Source: Zootoca vivipara
Taxonomy: Eukaryota
Reading direction: 5' to 3'
DNA length: 64,000 bases
NCBI RefSeq assembly: GCF_963506605.1
Contig: NC_083287.1
Span: 30,256,001-30,320,000, forward strand
The notes beneath the pieces were generated by a model. The model saw nothing but the letters and a program-made list of their open reading frames with translations. It made no database searches and was not told the origin of the DNA. Each line of letters begins with the position of its first letter. Position 1 is the stretch's first letter. The position numbers were made by a program, and so were the translations under genes. Below are positions 11,796 to 23,750 of the stretch, in pieces.

Positions 11796-14289
11796 AACCT
11801 AAGTGCAGGCCCCAAAGTAAGCTCCTACCAGGATTTATTCTACCTTGCCTTTCAACTTGGGGTCAGTTTCAGCCCCGCTCAGCATCTCCAGTTAAAACGA
11901 CTCAGGTAACAGGTGTGGGGGAAAGTCTCTTCCTGAGACCCTAGAAAGTGCTTGCCCATCAGAGTCCTGAACTAGAACAGACCAAGAGGAAATGCTGTTC
12001 AGTTCCAAATGCAGCTTACAACGAAGCAGTAAAATAATTAACTAACTGATTTTTAAAATGCAATCAAACATCACTAGCAGCAAATGGGTTTTACTAAAAT
12101 TCTGGCAAGCATTTGTAAGTGTCAGCAAGTATCTCTGCAGGGAGAAGGAGGGCTGGGGATTTGTGTGTTGCTGCAGACTTTCAGTTGATCTTGGGAAATA
12201 CATGTATGAACCAACCCTCGGAGAGGTTCTTGGTCTGTTCTAGTTCAGGACTCTGATGGGCAAGCACTTTCAGTCGGTATTTTGTTTGCATACAGCACAA
12301 TAACTTGCGCATGTACACGTACGTACATCCTGGAAGTCTACAGTGGCATAAATCCTCTTCTGTCAGAAATTGTGTGCTTGCCATCCAGTGAAATCACAGC
12401 CAATGTGAATTTTTCACTAAGGGCTCCCTGGCTCCAGTTTGTTTTCTTCACCACTAAGCTCTTTTGCAGCTGCCACTATTTTGGAAATGGCTGCAGGCAG
12501 TGTGTAACCCATTTGACACAGACGCAATTCTATACGCAAGGGGGCTCGTGTGTTCCTGCTTTTAAAAGGGGACTAGTCTGAAAGCCAACTTGAGAGCAAA
12601 AAATATTGTGCTTAAGTATGCAGGAATTGATGAGGCAGGTGGGACTGGAAGGAACTAGCAGTCCTGCCATAGGATCTTAATGACAGATCATGGCTACCAG
12701 TTCCGGGAATCAAAGATGTTTTGAGGACAGTGCAACCTTATCAAAATGATATTTTATTCTCTGCAGTGGAATCAGGTTGGCAAGAATGTATTTTAAGTCC
12801 TGGCCAACCTGAGATCAGGGAGCCTGTGCATTGATGAAGGTGGTTTCAGCTTCTACAGTGCCACAAAGAAATCTGGTATTCCAAAATGTTGAGTCACATT
12901 CTAGAACACTTGATGTTTAAGAGTCTATTATTCCAAATCCCTGACGCTTCTGCTGCTTGATTTGCAGCGGTGTTTGACACCAGTGCCAGGTGCCCTGCCT
13001 CAACAGCTGTTCTTCACAGTTCAAGATTTGCCCTGTTTCTTGATTTATGCTTTTAAAGATACATTGCTCCTGCAAAATAAAGCACATTGGAGCTGTTTTG
13101 GTGCCCAACTGACGGCTTTGTTCTCCAATCAGCTGATATCCATGTACACTTACAATTGTTAAGTAGGTGGTTTGGATTATGTTAGCCAGCTCCTGCATCT
13201 CCATCCCTTCTAGTGATGAAGACTGGGACTAGAGAGGCTCACTAGAGAGCCGATACCGCCATTTTCGTAGGCACCAGTTCAGTACTGCCCGAGCTGTCTG
13301 GTGACACAAAAGACCCAACATTCCTGGTTCACAATCTCCATCTAGAAGGGGAGTATATCAGCTTTTGAAAAAGTCTTACCTGAAACCTTGATCAATTCAC
13401 TATTCCTTCATATGAAACAAGCATGCCTAACAATAGCTCAAGTGCGATGATCTCCAACTGCAAGGCTTTTTAGATTCTCTTCTTTGGTGATAATCCCCTT
13501 CCCTTATGCAGACAGGAATATCCTGAACTAAGCAGCATCTACCTCAATTCTGAGCATAGGAACGGAGCTGAAAATAGGGAGCAATTTGCCTTATTTGTTA
13601 TGGAAACACATCTTGAGACCAATCAGTGCTGTCTGAATATTCTGCACTCCCTGTTCCACAGTGCATTGGCGAGTCAAGACGTCATTCTAGGTAATGCTAC
13701 AGAAACATTCATTGCAACCTCGCAAGTGCCACCATGGTTACTAAACCTTAGTGTACACCCTAGTCCTGATGCAAGTTCTATCAAGAACACTCCGTACTAA
13801 TGATTACGAGAGCTGTACCCACATCTCAAGTCAACTGGGCATATGGAGATACGTAGAAATGCTTCTGCACAGAGAGTTGGGTACCAGGAAACCCCGTAAA
13901 GAGCCAGTCTCCTGGCCTGCACAGGAAGGTTAATGTGAAGAACTGAGAATGGCCTCTGAAGGATAACAGGCTATATATAATGACTCTGCAAAATAAAATT
14001 CTGGAGGAGCTTAGGCAGTTTCTGTTGTTTGCAGCCTCTTCTGGAGGTGTAAACACACAGCCAAGGAAAATGCAACACAGAAGCCTGGAGTTTAATGTAG
14101 GTAAGGCGAGTATTTCTCCCCTTTCTCTTCAAACAAAAGAATTTCCTCTGGCATGAAAATCTATTTCCTGAATTACTTGTTCTATTGATATTCTTCCTTC
14201 ATGAGTTGCTTTTTTAAAAAAGGAAAAAAAGAATTACATTTAGAATTCCAGTATTATGTTGGCCACTGGAAATGTGTTCAAAAGCATTA

Positions 14290-14600
14290 TTATAGAGGTA
14301 TGGAGTCATGTTTCCTCCGGTATACTAGAATTCAGGGTCATTCAGTGAAGCTGAATGTTGGAAGATTCAGGAAAGACAAAAGAACATACTTCTTCACAAA
14401 GGACCAAGTCAACTGGTTTGCTCCCACACGATGTAGTGATGACCACCAAGTTGAAGGCCTTTTTAAAAAAAATTAGACTCATTCATAGCAGGTAAGGCTA
14501 AGTTGTAATTCCAATGTGAGCCAATTTCTGGGAACTACGGGTGAGGAGAGGGCACTTGCACTCAGGCTGGTTGGCACCATGAGAACAAGAGGGGTGGTGC
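14290..14600 (+). mobile_element. CR1 LINE 3' fragment
   Basis: Remnant TRIQGHSVKLNVGRFRKDKRTYFFT. Confidence 0.75.
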
Positions 14601-15368
14601 CCAACTAAGACATTCTCCAAATCAGATACATGGAATCCATGTATACATTTAAGATAATCTTGGTTAACGCAAGTCCATATATTTCAATGGGACTGATCAG
14701 AGTATGACTTGGGTCACATCCACACCATTTAGAGCCCCATTATACCACTTTATCATAACTCCCTTCCAGAGAATAGTGGGAACTGAAGGGTGCCAATAGG
14801 CTGGAGCTGATGGAAAAGCCACAGCTGGTTTACACAAAGATAAAAACGGATTGTAGCTTACCTTACCTGAGGTTTGCTTGGCTCCATCCCTTGCCATCTT
14901 CTGTGGTTTGGTGAAGACTGTTTCTGGTGCCTTGCTAGGCAGATGTTTTCTGTGTTAAAACTTTTTATCACAGCTCATTTCTTTGACATTGTGACAGAGT
15001 CCATTCTTTATTTAGAGAGTTACTTTAACTGCTGTAAGCTGCCATGAGGTATGCATAGGTGTTAAATTCTCAAATGAAGAGATTGCTCTCTTGGATGAGC
15101 CAAACTTAACTGCTTAACTCAGCTGCTCAGTTTCCAGGACAATTTTTTTGGGGGGGGGATTTTGATGGGACACTAGGACAGATGATGGGATAAGTGGCCT
15201 TAGTGTGCTGCAAGCTTTTCGTTCAGATATCTCACCATTGTCTCCCTGCAACGATTTCCCCTCTTCTATCACTTTTAAGAGCCAGTTCAGGGTGAAGTTT
15301 CAAATCACTCGATTTATTATTTATGCTCTGCTCAGAACGGCTCAACATGGGCATACACTAAACAAAGG

Positions 15369-15431
<63 letters not shown>
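15369..15431 (+). repeat. Compound (GT)n(AT)n microsatellite
   Basis: Direct reading. Confidence 0.98.
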
Positions 15432-15432
<1 letters not shown>

Positions 15433-15564
15433 CACAGGTTAAAACAGCCATTTAAAAAATGAGAGCAGTCACCCAAAAGGCAGCATGAATGAAAGGCAAC
15501 AGTAAAAATTAGGGTGTAATTTACGGTGAAAGGAGAGGCTGATAGGGTGTTTCTTCTACTACAG

Positions 15565-15700
15565 CAGTGGTCCTCAACCTCGGGCCTCCAGATGTTTTTG
15601 GCCTACAACTCCCATGATCCCTAGCTAGCAGGACCAGTGGTCAGGGATGATGGGAACTGTAGTCTCAAAACATCTGGAGGCCCAAGGTTGAGGACCACTG
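15565..15700. mobile_element. 136-bp hAT MITE (same core as 5570, different TIR)
   Basis: TIR CAGTGGTCCTCAACCT; perfect TSD TACTACAG at 15557-15564 and 15701-15708. Confidence 0.92.
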
Positions 15701-15958
15701 TACTACAGTACTGTACTCCAAAGGCATGAGACCACCACTAAGAAATCTTACGCTCTCAGGGTCACTATTTAACAGGTGAAGAGGATGGTAGAGAGCATCT
15801 CCAAAGTTGATCTTAAAACTTGGACTGGCCAATATGGAACAATTCCTAATGATGTCCGATACCAGTGGCTTCATAACCCTTTTTCTCTATGGACCACTTG
15901 AACATTGCCAAGAGTCTTGACAAAACACCTAATAGTTTTTCTGCTGGTTGTGCTAGAT

Positions 15959-16071
15959 CAGGCATCCCCAAACTTCGGCCCTCCAGATGTTTTGGACTAC
16001 AATCCCCATCATCCCTGACCACTGGTCCTGTTAGCTAGGGATCATGGGAGTTGTAGGCCAAAACATCTGGA
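15959..16071. mobile_element. hAT MITE (CAGGCATCCCCAAACT family), right end lost at an insertion
   Basis: Matches the 5570 family up to AAAACATCTGGA, then switches to an unrelated CpG-rich element. It sits inside an older hAT-like fragment starting ~15863. Confidence 0.85.
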
Positions 16072-17680
16072 CTTCCGGTCTGGCGCTAATGGAAGCTGGC
16101 GGGGAATTCTCGATGTCCGAGGTTCCCGGCACCTCAGAGGAGGGGTAGAGCCGCTTGGGCGAAGCGGCCACCCGGAGAACCCCCGAATTGTGCTTTTCGG
16201 GGACGTGGCTACCCAGCAGTGCTCCTTTGAGCCCCGTTCGCCGCCCGTTAACCCCTTTTTTAGGGGTGACGTGCGCAGGCAGAGCGGGACGGAGCCTTGG
16301 GACATTCACTAGCTCTGAGGTGCAAAGCTCCATGCCGGCGACACCGCGCGCTAGATACCTCCAAAAGAAACGATCTGGATTTACAAGAAATTTTAACAAT
16401 TTAGAAAAGAATTTGGACTTGGGAGGGGAATTTAAAAGATAACAGAGGTCGTTCCCCCCCCTCACTGAGAAACCAACACGCAATTGCCGAGCCTGCAGCC
16501 ATTGTGCTGGAACGGGACTCTGAACTTTGCTAAAAACAAAAATTGAATCCCTCCCTGGGGTAGTGGAACCAAGGGGAGGTGAAGGATTTATTGTTTGCAT
16601 TTCTGCAATATTTGGAACTGACTACTAACGAGCCCTCCGGTGGCCCAGTGACGGGAACCTGGAGGCACGGGTCAGCTCAGCTTGGATTCCATCTCTGACA
16701 CAACAGCCTATTCGCCATATTGTAATCTGAGAAGACAAAGGATATAGATAGACAAAACAACTCGACATGATGTGTGAGAATGAGATACAAAGTGTCTGGG
16801 AAAAAGTTCAAGAAGTTTGGATGGGTGTAAAGGAATACCAGAGACTTACAAAGTTACTGATTGAACCCCAGCACCAACTCTATCCAACTGACAGCTTCGA
16901 GACACAGCATGAAACTCTAAAGGACCAAAACTTAAACATACTAGAAGAGGAGCAACAGGAGCTCTTTATCTTGAACGAAGTGCAACCGGTGGGAGAGGTT
17001 GCACGGGACCTGTGTCATAAAAAAAGAGCCGCATTGGACTTAGATCTCCAGGAGCCGCTTCTCTCAGTGAGAGAGGGAGAGCGGGCTCCTGGCAATAACA
17101 ACCACGCTGTGTCAATGAATAAAGAGGTGGCCTGGATCCGAACCTCCTTAGTGAGAGAAGGGAGGCAAGATCCAGGCGAAGGTCTTGTTAAATGGGGAGC
17201 AAAGAAAAAGGAAAAATTAGAGGGGGTTGGCAGAGGGGGTGCTGGTTGGAAGAAGTTGGGCTGGAGTGGGTGAGAGATGGAGTGGGTTGAGACGTAGTGC
17301 AAATAAGGGATTGATAAAACGGTTTGGAATTGGACTGTATACAGGAGTTGGTTTGGGAATTCCAGGGGCTGGTCACCGGGCGGAGATGGGGGGATTTTAG
17401 AGAGTGATTAAGTGAGATGTTAGAATGTTCATTGTATAAGTTAGAATAATGTTAGTGAATAATTAAGAGGCTAAAGGGAATAATTAGAGAAATAAGAAAT
17501 TTGTTATGTGATATAAGTAATTTTCATATAAGGTATTATTATAAGAATTAAAAGAAGATGTTTGTAATTGGTTAATTATGAAAAATTGCCAAATAGAGGT
17601 TATAATTAGACTCGGAAAGGGAGTAGCGAGGAAGCCAAAGTTATGACAGAGTTATGAATATTAGATTGGTTTGTAGCCTA
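16070..17680 (+). mobile_element. Putative L1-derived non-autonomous (half-L1-like) retroelement
   Basis: Starts GACTTCCGG...GCGCTAATGG, followed by a ~700-nt CpG-rich leader, one ORF and an A/T-rich 3' region with a GGAAAGGGAG...GGAAG motif resembling squamate L1 3'UTRs. No poly-A or right TSD seen. Confidence 0.55.
16767..17273 (+). CDS. 168-aa ORF inside the L1-like element (possible ORF1-derived coiled-coil protein)
   Basis: ATG-initiated and uninterrupted, E/Q/K/L-rich with a heptad-like N-terminus (VWEKVQEVWMGVKEYQRLTKLL); purine-rich coding strand as in L1. Confidence 0.35.
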   Translation: MMCENEIQSVWEKVQEVWMGVKEYQRLTKLLIEPQHQLYPTDSFETQHETLKDQNLNILEEEQQELFILNEVQPVGEVARDLCHKKRAALDLDLQEPLLSVREGERAPGNNNHAVSMNKEVAWIRTSLVREGRQDPGEGLVKWGAKKKEKLEGVGRGGAGWKKLGWSG

Positions 17681-17699
17681 ATGCACAAAGGTAAAATTT

Positions 17700-17875
17700 C
17701 ATAGAACCATAGTAGGAAGGGATCAGAGGGTCAACTAGTCCAAACCCCTGCAATGCAGGAATCTCAACTAGACCAACACATGACAGATGGCCATCCAATC
17801 TGCTTAGAAACCTCCAATGAAGGAGTCACCACCTTGAGGGAGCCTGTTCCACCGGCAAACAGCTCTTACCATCAG
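17700..17875 (-). mobile_element. CR1 LINE 3' end (reverse)
   Basis: CATAGAACCATAG...GGAAGGGA...CTAGTCCAAACCCCTGC is the reverse complement of a CR1 3' terminus. Confidence 0.7.
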
Positions 17876-19619
17876 GGAACACGGGTTGCTCCACCCACTT
17901 TCGCCACTGGCTCCACCCACCACTGGCATGCAACCGTCGTGGGCTAAAATAAGTTCCCCCATGCCCAATTTAGTTTCAAAAGGCGAAACCAGCACCTTAA
18001 ACTACATAGAGACAGGCAGCCAACTAAGTTGAGAAAGACAGATGATACATGCTGATCAGAGCACACAACAAGTCAAGCCTGGCTGCTGTAATTCTCTCCT
18101 ATGGATGCACTGAGTGCTATTGGGCTGCCTTCCAACTACTGCAAGGGAGGTCTCACATTGAAAGCTCACAATGGTCCTTTCCTGCCTTCTGTTCCACGTT
18201 CCGTCCTACCCTATCTTAAGGCCCCCTTTGGGGAAGGGACAGTAGGTTTCCACCCTCTTCATTTTCCAGATGTGAAGGTGATGGTCCTTCCCTAATAATT
18301 TATTTTTTTCTCAGCTTCTCTAGGATCCTTAGGTTGGGGTGGGGAATGGTTTGTGCCCGGCCTTCTGTCAAACCAAAGGGCTGCCTTGGCTAGGCAAGTC
18401 CTACTCTGCTACCAGAATAGGATCTTTCCTATTAAAACAAGCCTGAAAGCAGAGAAGATTGGCTACATCTATAGCGTGAGAATGCACCCTTCACCTGCCT
18501 TATTTGCTACTGTACACACATCATTGCTCTCAGGTACATGCAGGGAAGATGGGAGGTCACGGACCATCCCGTTAACTAGGTCACATGCCTTTCCCCACCC
18601 CTTATTTATTGCAGTCACATTCACAAGTTCAACCCCACAGCTGCTGAGATGAAGCAGGTAATGAAAAGCAAGCAAACTATGATGAGATACAAATTGCACC
18701 CAGAATTGCACCAAAGAACAAAATACAATGAAGACAGAGCCATGGATTAATCAAAATGATTATATTGCCATTGCAGCATGTTACTGGAATATTTATATAG
18801 TAGGCAAGTTAGAGAACTATCCACTTCAAATGCAAACTAAAATGCACTCATAGTAGGAACACAAGAAAATGTTACCGATTTGTTTTCTCAGATTTATGGT
18901 GTTTGGGCCACTAAGTGAAGTGTTGTGTTCAAATGAGCCAATACTAAAAGCTTACTGGAAAACATGTCACAATGTTAACCAGAGTTTTAAAGGGTGCTGA
19001 AGCGCATGACGACACTTTCCCACGTATATAAAAGCTGTTGCACTGGGGGAAATGTGCTTTGTGAAAAATGATAACCAAACTAGGTTATGTTCTGTAGCTT
19101 CTCCTAAAGAGTGGAGGTTTTTGGAATCTTTAACATGTTAGAAGACATAGTCCATTTTGATATGCTATTCCAGTCCTGAGACTGAAGAGAACAAGTTGCT
19201 AAAAAAAACAGTGAGCCAGTTCCATGCTATTTGTTAAAAGTCATGAGAAATGAGAACAAATCATCAGAACAAGATGAATGGCCTATGAATAAGTGAATGT
19301 TTTCTAAATTATTTAGTCCACTATGTTACAGTGGAATGCAGTTTTTGCACCGTGTTACAGTGGAAATAAATGATTGAGTGCAACATAGCAATAGTTCAGC
19401 TACAAAAAGCTACCATTTCAATTTAATGATTGATTAATATTGGATTTTACAACCACCTTTTCTGCAGATATATACAAGCAGAGAATCCCGCCTCTCAACT
19501 AGTTTCTCTTCTCCCTGCTGCAGTTTCCTTACGGAAACCCTTTTTCTGAATGTTCAAGTTCAGCTCCAAACAGCTTTCAAAAGACAGACAACACACTACA
19601 TTTTACAGGTTGTAGGGTG

Positions 19620-22240
19620 TGTTTTTTTCTAATAATTTTATTTAAATAAGACACAGGGACGTCTATACTGAAAAAATACAAAACAAAAGCCACACATTTC
19701 TTTGTAAAGCAATATTGTGTGGTAATTCAAATACTGTTCAGCACAGTGGCTAGAAATAACAGTACAACTATGTACAAAACTCTTGAAACAATATTTGACA
19801 AATTTCTACAGCTGAATGTAGGATATATTGGAGATCAACTGCTGGAAAATTTACATAGCAAAGCATTGTTTTAACACATTTGATTCAGAACCTTCCAATA
19901 TGCCAAGGGCAAATGTGTGTGACAATTAATATTTAGTTTCTCGTGAGATAACAGAAGTAGTATCACTGTAAATATTGTTCACCAGAGTTAATTCTTGATC
20001 TAAAAAGTCACCTGATAGTTTCTCATAAAACCCTATAACATCAAGAACCATGACAATGCATTTATATTTGGAAAAAAAGAGAGATGGTGAGAAGGTAGAT
20101 GTACTGTCATATTCAACTTTAATGTAAAACTTCAAAGAACACACATTTAGGTCACAAGAAACTGGATGCTTTTTTCCCTTACCCTTTAACAACATACAAA
20201 CTATATAGTGCTTCCACCAAGGCCTGAGATTAGCAAGATTAAAGATGCCTGTTGCTGTATTAAAAAAAAATACTGTGAAAACAAAAGACAAACAGATCTT
20301 TTAAGCTTTCCACTCTCCGCCTGCTCCTACAGTCACACAGCGACTGAAAAAGAGACTGTCGGTCTAACTTCCTAACAGGTTATTACCAAACTCTTTGGTG
20401 ATGATAGGAAGGAAAGAAACTGGGCATCATCTTGCAACAATATACATGTGCTGTATATTTCATTGCTTTTCTTAGGTACTTTTCACTGAGGCCTTTTTTT
20501 TTATTATTTCCCCAATTTCTTCCTCAAAAGAAGTAGCGGAGAGAGCATAAATGCTGCAGCAGCAGCAGCAGCAGCAGCTGCAGTGTTAATCTTTTCAGTT
20601 CTTGAAGAGGGGCAAGTAGGCTTTCTTAGGAACAGGCTTGCATAAAGGTACTTCCACTGAACTGAAAGCACAGAGCCAAGAATGAGTGGGTCTCTTGCCT
20701 TTGGGGTTGCCTTTGTATTGCAGGTTCATTCTCTCTGAAAGCAGCACTCGCATAGTTCCAGGGCTACTCTAATGTAACACTACTGGAGGATTCTAAGTTA
20801 TGCAGCATCTGGAAAGACAAGCGACTGCACTGCCTGCCCACCTTCAAACTGCGATAAATTTACCTGCCAGTGGGCCTAAACCAAAGGGTACTAAGAAAGG
20901 CTTCAATTAGATACATGACTTAAAAACTATTGCTTCTTTCTTTTTTTCTTTTCTTTCTCTTTTTTTTTTCTACAAAACCTCATAGCCACGTAAGATTTTT
21001 TTTTTTAAGTTCAGGTGCAAAATACCCACTGTACAAATAAAACAAAGTTCACCGATCACTGCTTGTCAAAAACCCGAGATAATTTTTTGTTTTTGTTTTT
21101 TGCAACCAGCATGTGAATGGAACATTTCCTCCAAAAGAGAAACTAAACATTAATTAAGACTCCTAAAATGGTAACAGTAGCATTTCACGTCCTTATAACT
21201 TGCGAGAGGAAATTCCCACCACCCCCTCTGAAACCTGGGGGGGAGGGGGGAATGAATTTGCCGAAATTAAACGAAAACATTCTTGCCTTAGAGCCTCTCT
21301 CTCACACACACGTCATGGAATGTTTCTTATGTGCAGCCTAAAACTGAACACTTTATTCACAACAGCTTAACAGTCATTAATGGGCAAACACCTGAAACTT
21401 TAAAATGCCACAATTTACACGCTGAAACGATGGCAAATGCAACAGTTTAGTTTTTTGTTTGACTTGTAACCACACGACAATGGGATGCAGCACACCACAG
21501 ATTTGCTGGTTCTCCTCATGTTCACCCATGCCCAGGGTTCGTATCCCCCTAGATCTGAATGCACTTTTTCCAAGAAAGTGGAATGTAATGAGGAAATATT
21601 AATGCATAAAATAAGGAAAGGCAGAAGAGTGATGAACCCTCTTTAGCTTTTTAGCTGTAAAGTATTTTATATCCCAATATGATATACATTCCAAGTTACC
21701 TGAGTTTAGACTTCGAGAGAAGTACCTGAAGCTAGGCCATATAGGGTGGGGGACACTGTGCAACTGTTGTGGCCATTTTTTTTCATATTTTTTTGCATTG
21801 TATGTATTACAGAAGTTCAAAACATAAATACCTGGATAAATTGTAAACATAATCCTGAAGTACAGTATTTTCCATAGAATACAACACAGCAAGACATTTT
21901 CTATTTAGACAGGCAACCTTTGTTTGATATAGAGCTTATTTATACTGTAGAATTTGAAACAGAACACAGGACAAAGTACTAATCTGGTCAAACATTCTAT
22001 GAAATGCATAGTCTCCACTTAAAATGCTTAATGATACGTACACAGATTCTGCAAGCATTCTGCTCCCCCCCCCCCCGGCCAACTCACTCACACACACACA
22101 CACAAAATGCTGAATGCATTTTTGTCCCTGCCAAGAACAGCGCTGAAATGCAGAAAGATGCTGATAAGTAGCTTTGTTTTGTTCCAGAAAAGTGCCACTC
22201 ATGCAGTTGAGTTTTAGACCGTCCCTCTGCCTTTGCTCAT
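19620..22240 (-). other. GLCCI1: GLCCI1 3'UTR (~2.6 kb)
   Basis: AU-rich sequence with no obvious TE, running from the stop codon to AATAAA at 19637-19642 (- strand). Confidence 0.7.
19637..19642 (-). terminator. Polyadenylation signal of GLCCI1
   Basis: AATAAA on - strand with a downstream GU-rich element (GTAGTGTGTTGTCTGTCTTTT) and upstream UGUA elements. Confidence 0.7.
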
Positions 22241-22618
<378 letters not shown>

Positions 22619-23606
22619 TTAAAGTTACATACTTGAACATTTGCAGGTAACTTAGCACAGGTTGGCAGTTTTGTATGTTGCTAGAATGTGAGTGACAAGA
22701 AATGGGATTATTTGACAAATGGGCAAACATCTTCCATATTGCTAGTCAGCTGACTGATCCACAGCAATAAATATACATGCAAACAGCAACCAGAGAGGTA
22801 AGACTTTTCCACAATTCCCTTCCCTAAAGGATTCAGATGCACAAACCATATTGGAAATCCATCAATGTGCCGTTTATCAATAGAAAACTCACTGTAGCAA
22901 ACACACATGAAATAGCACAATGTCCCTCTTTCTTTATCTCTATTTTGTCCAGCAAAACGTCTGCATTCACTTTAGAATACTCTATTAATGATCCAGAAGC
23001 ATTTTTACCAGGATCTGGCTTCAGCTATTTTCCCAAGCAATATGTCTATGCTGTCCTAGTCTAAATTAGTCCCATGCTATTTCCTTGTACAGCAAAACAG
23101 GAGAGAAAACTGGCCAAACTTTAAGATATTCCCGCATGTATGTACTTACATATTGTGTTCTCTCCCCCACTCCCCAAAATACATAGATCAATTAAAAAAA
23201 CCAAAACTCAAATGCTACCACGGCTGTTATTCAGAGCTTCAAAGGCTAAACAAATAAAGCTGAACTGGTATCATTATAAAGACAGCTTTACTCATGCTGG
23301 AAAATAATTTTTAAAACACTAAAGAAACCATAGCTCTGCTTGCATTTCCTCCTCAGTTGTGCTTTTATACATCTGGGTCATGTGGTCAAGAACAAATAGG
23401 TTGCATTCCCCCCCCCCCAAAGCTGACAGGAACACTTCCAACTTCTTGCCTGTGCAAAATTGGCAAGAGTGGTTTGCTCCTGAAAGAAGAAGGAGGGGGG
23501 AAAAAAACCTCATCAGCTGGAGTAGTTTATTCATCTGCAGTTGAAAAGGTCCAGTAAAAAGGTTTCCTGCATTTGCAGATCCAGCTGATATAAAAGGCAT
23601 TACTTA

Positions 23607-23750
<144 letters not shown>

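Noticed and set aside
16031-16600. 189-aa minus-strand ORF
   Set aside because: It spans the GC-rich leader of the L1-like element and runs into a MITE; no recognisable protein features.
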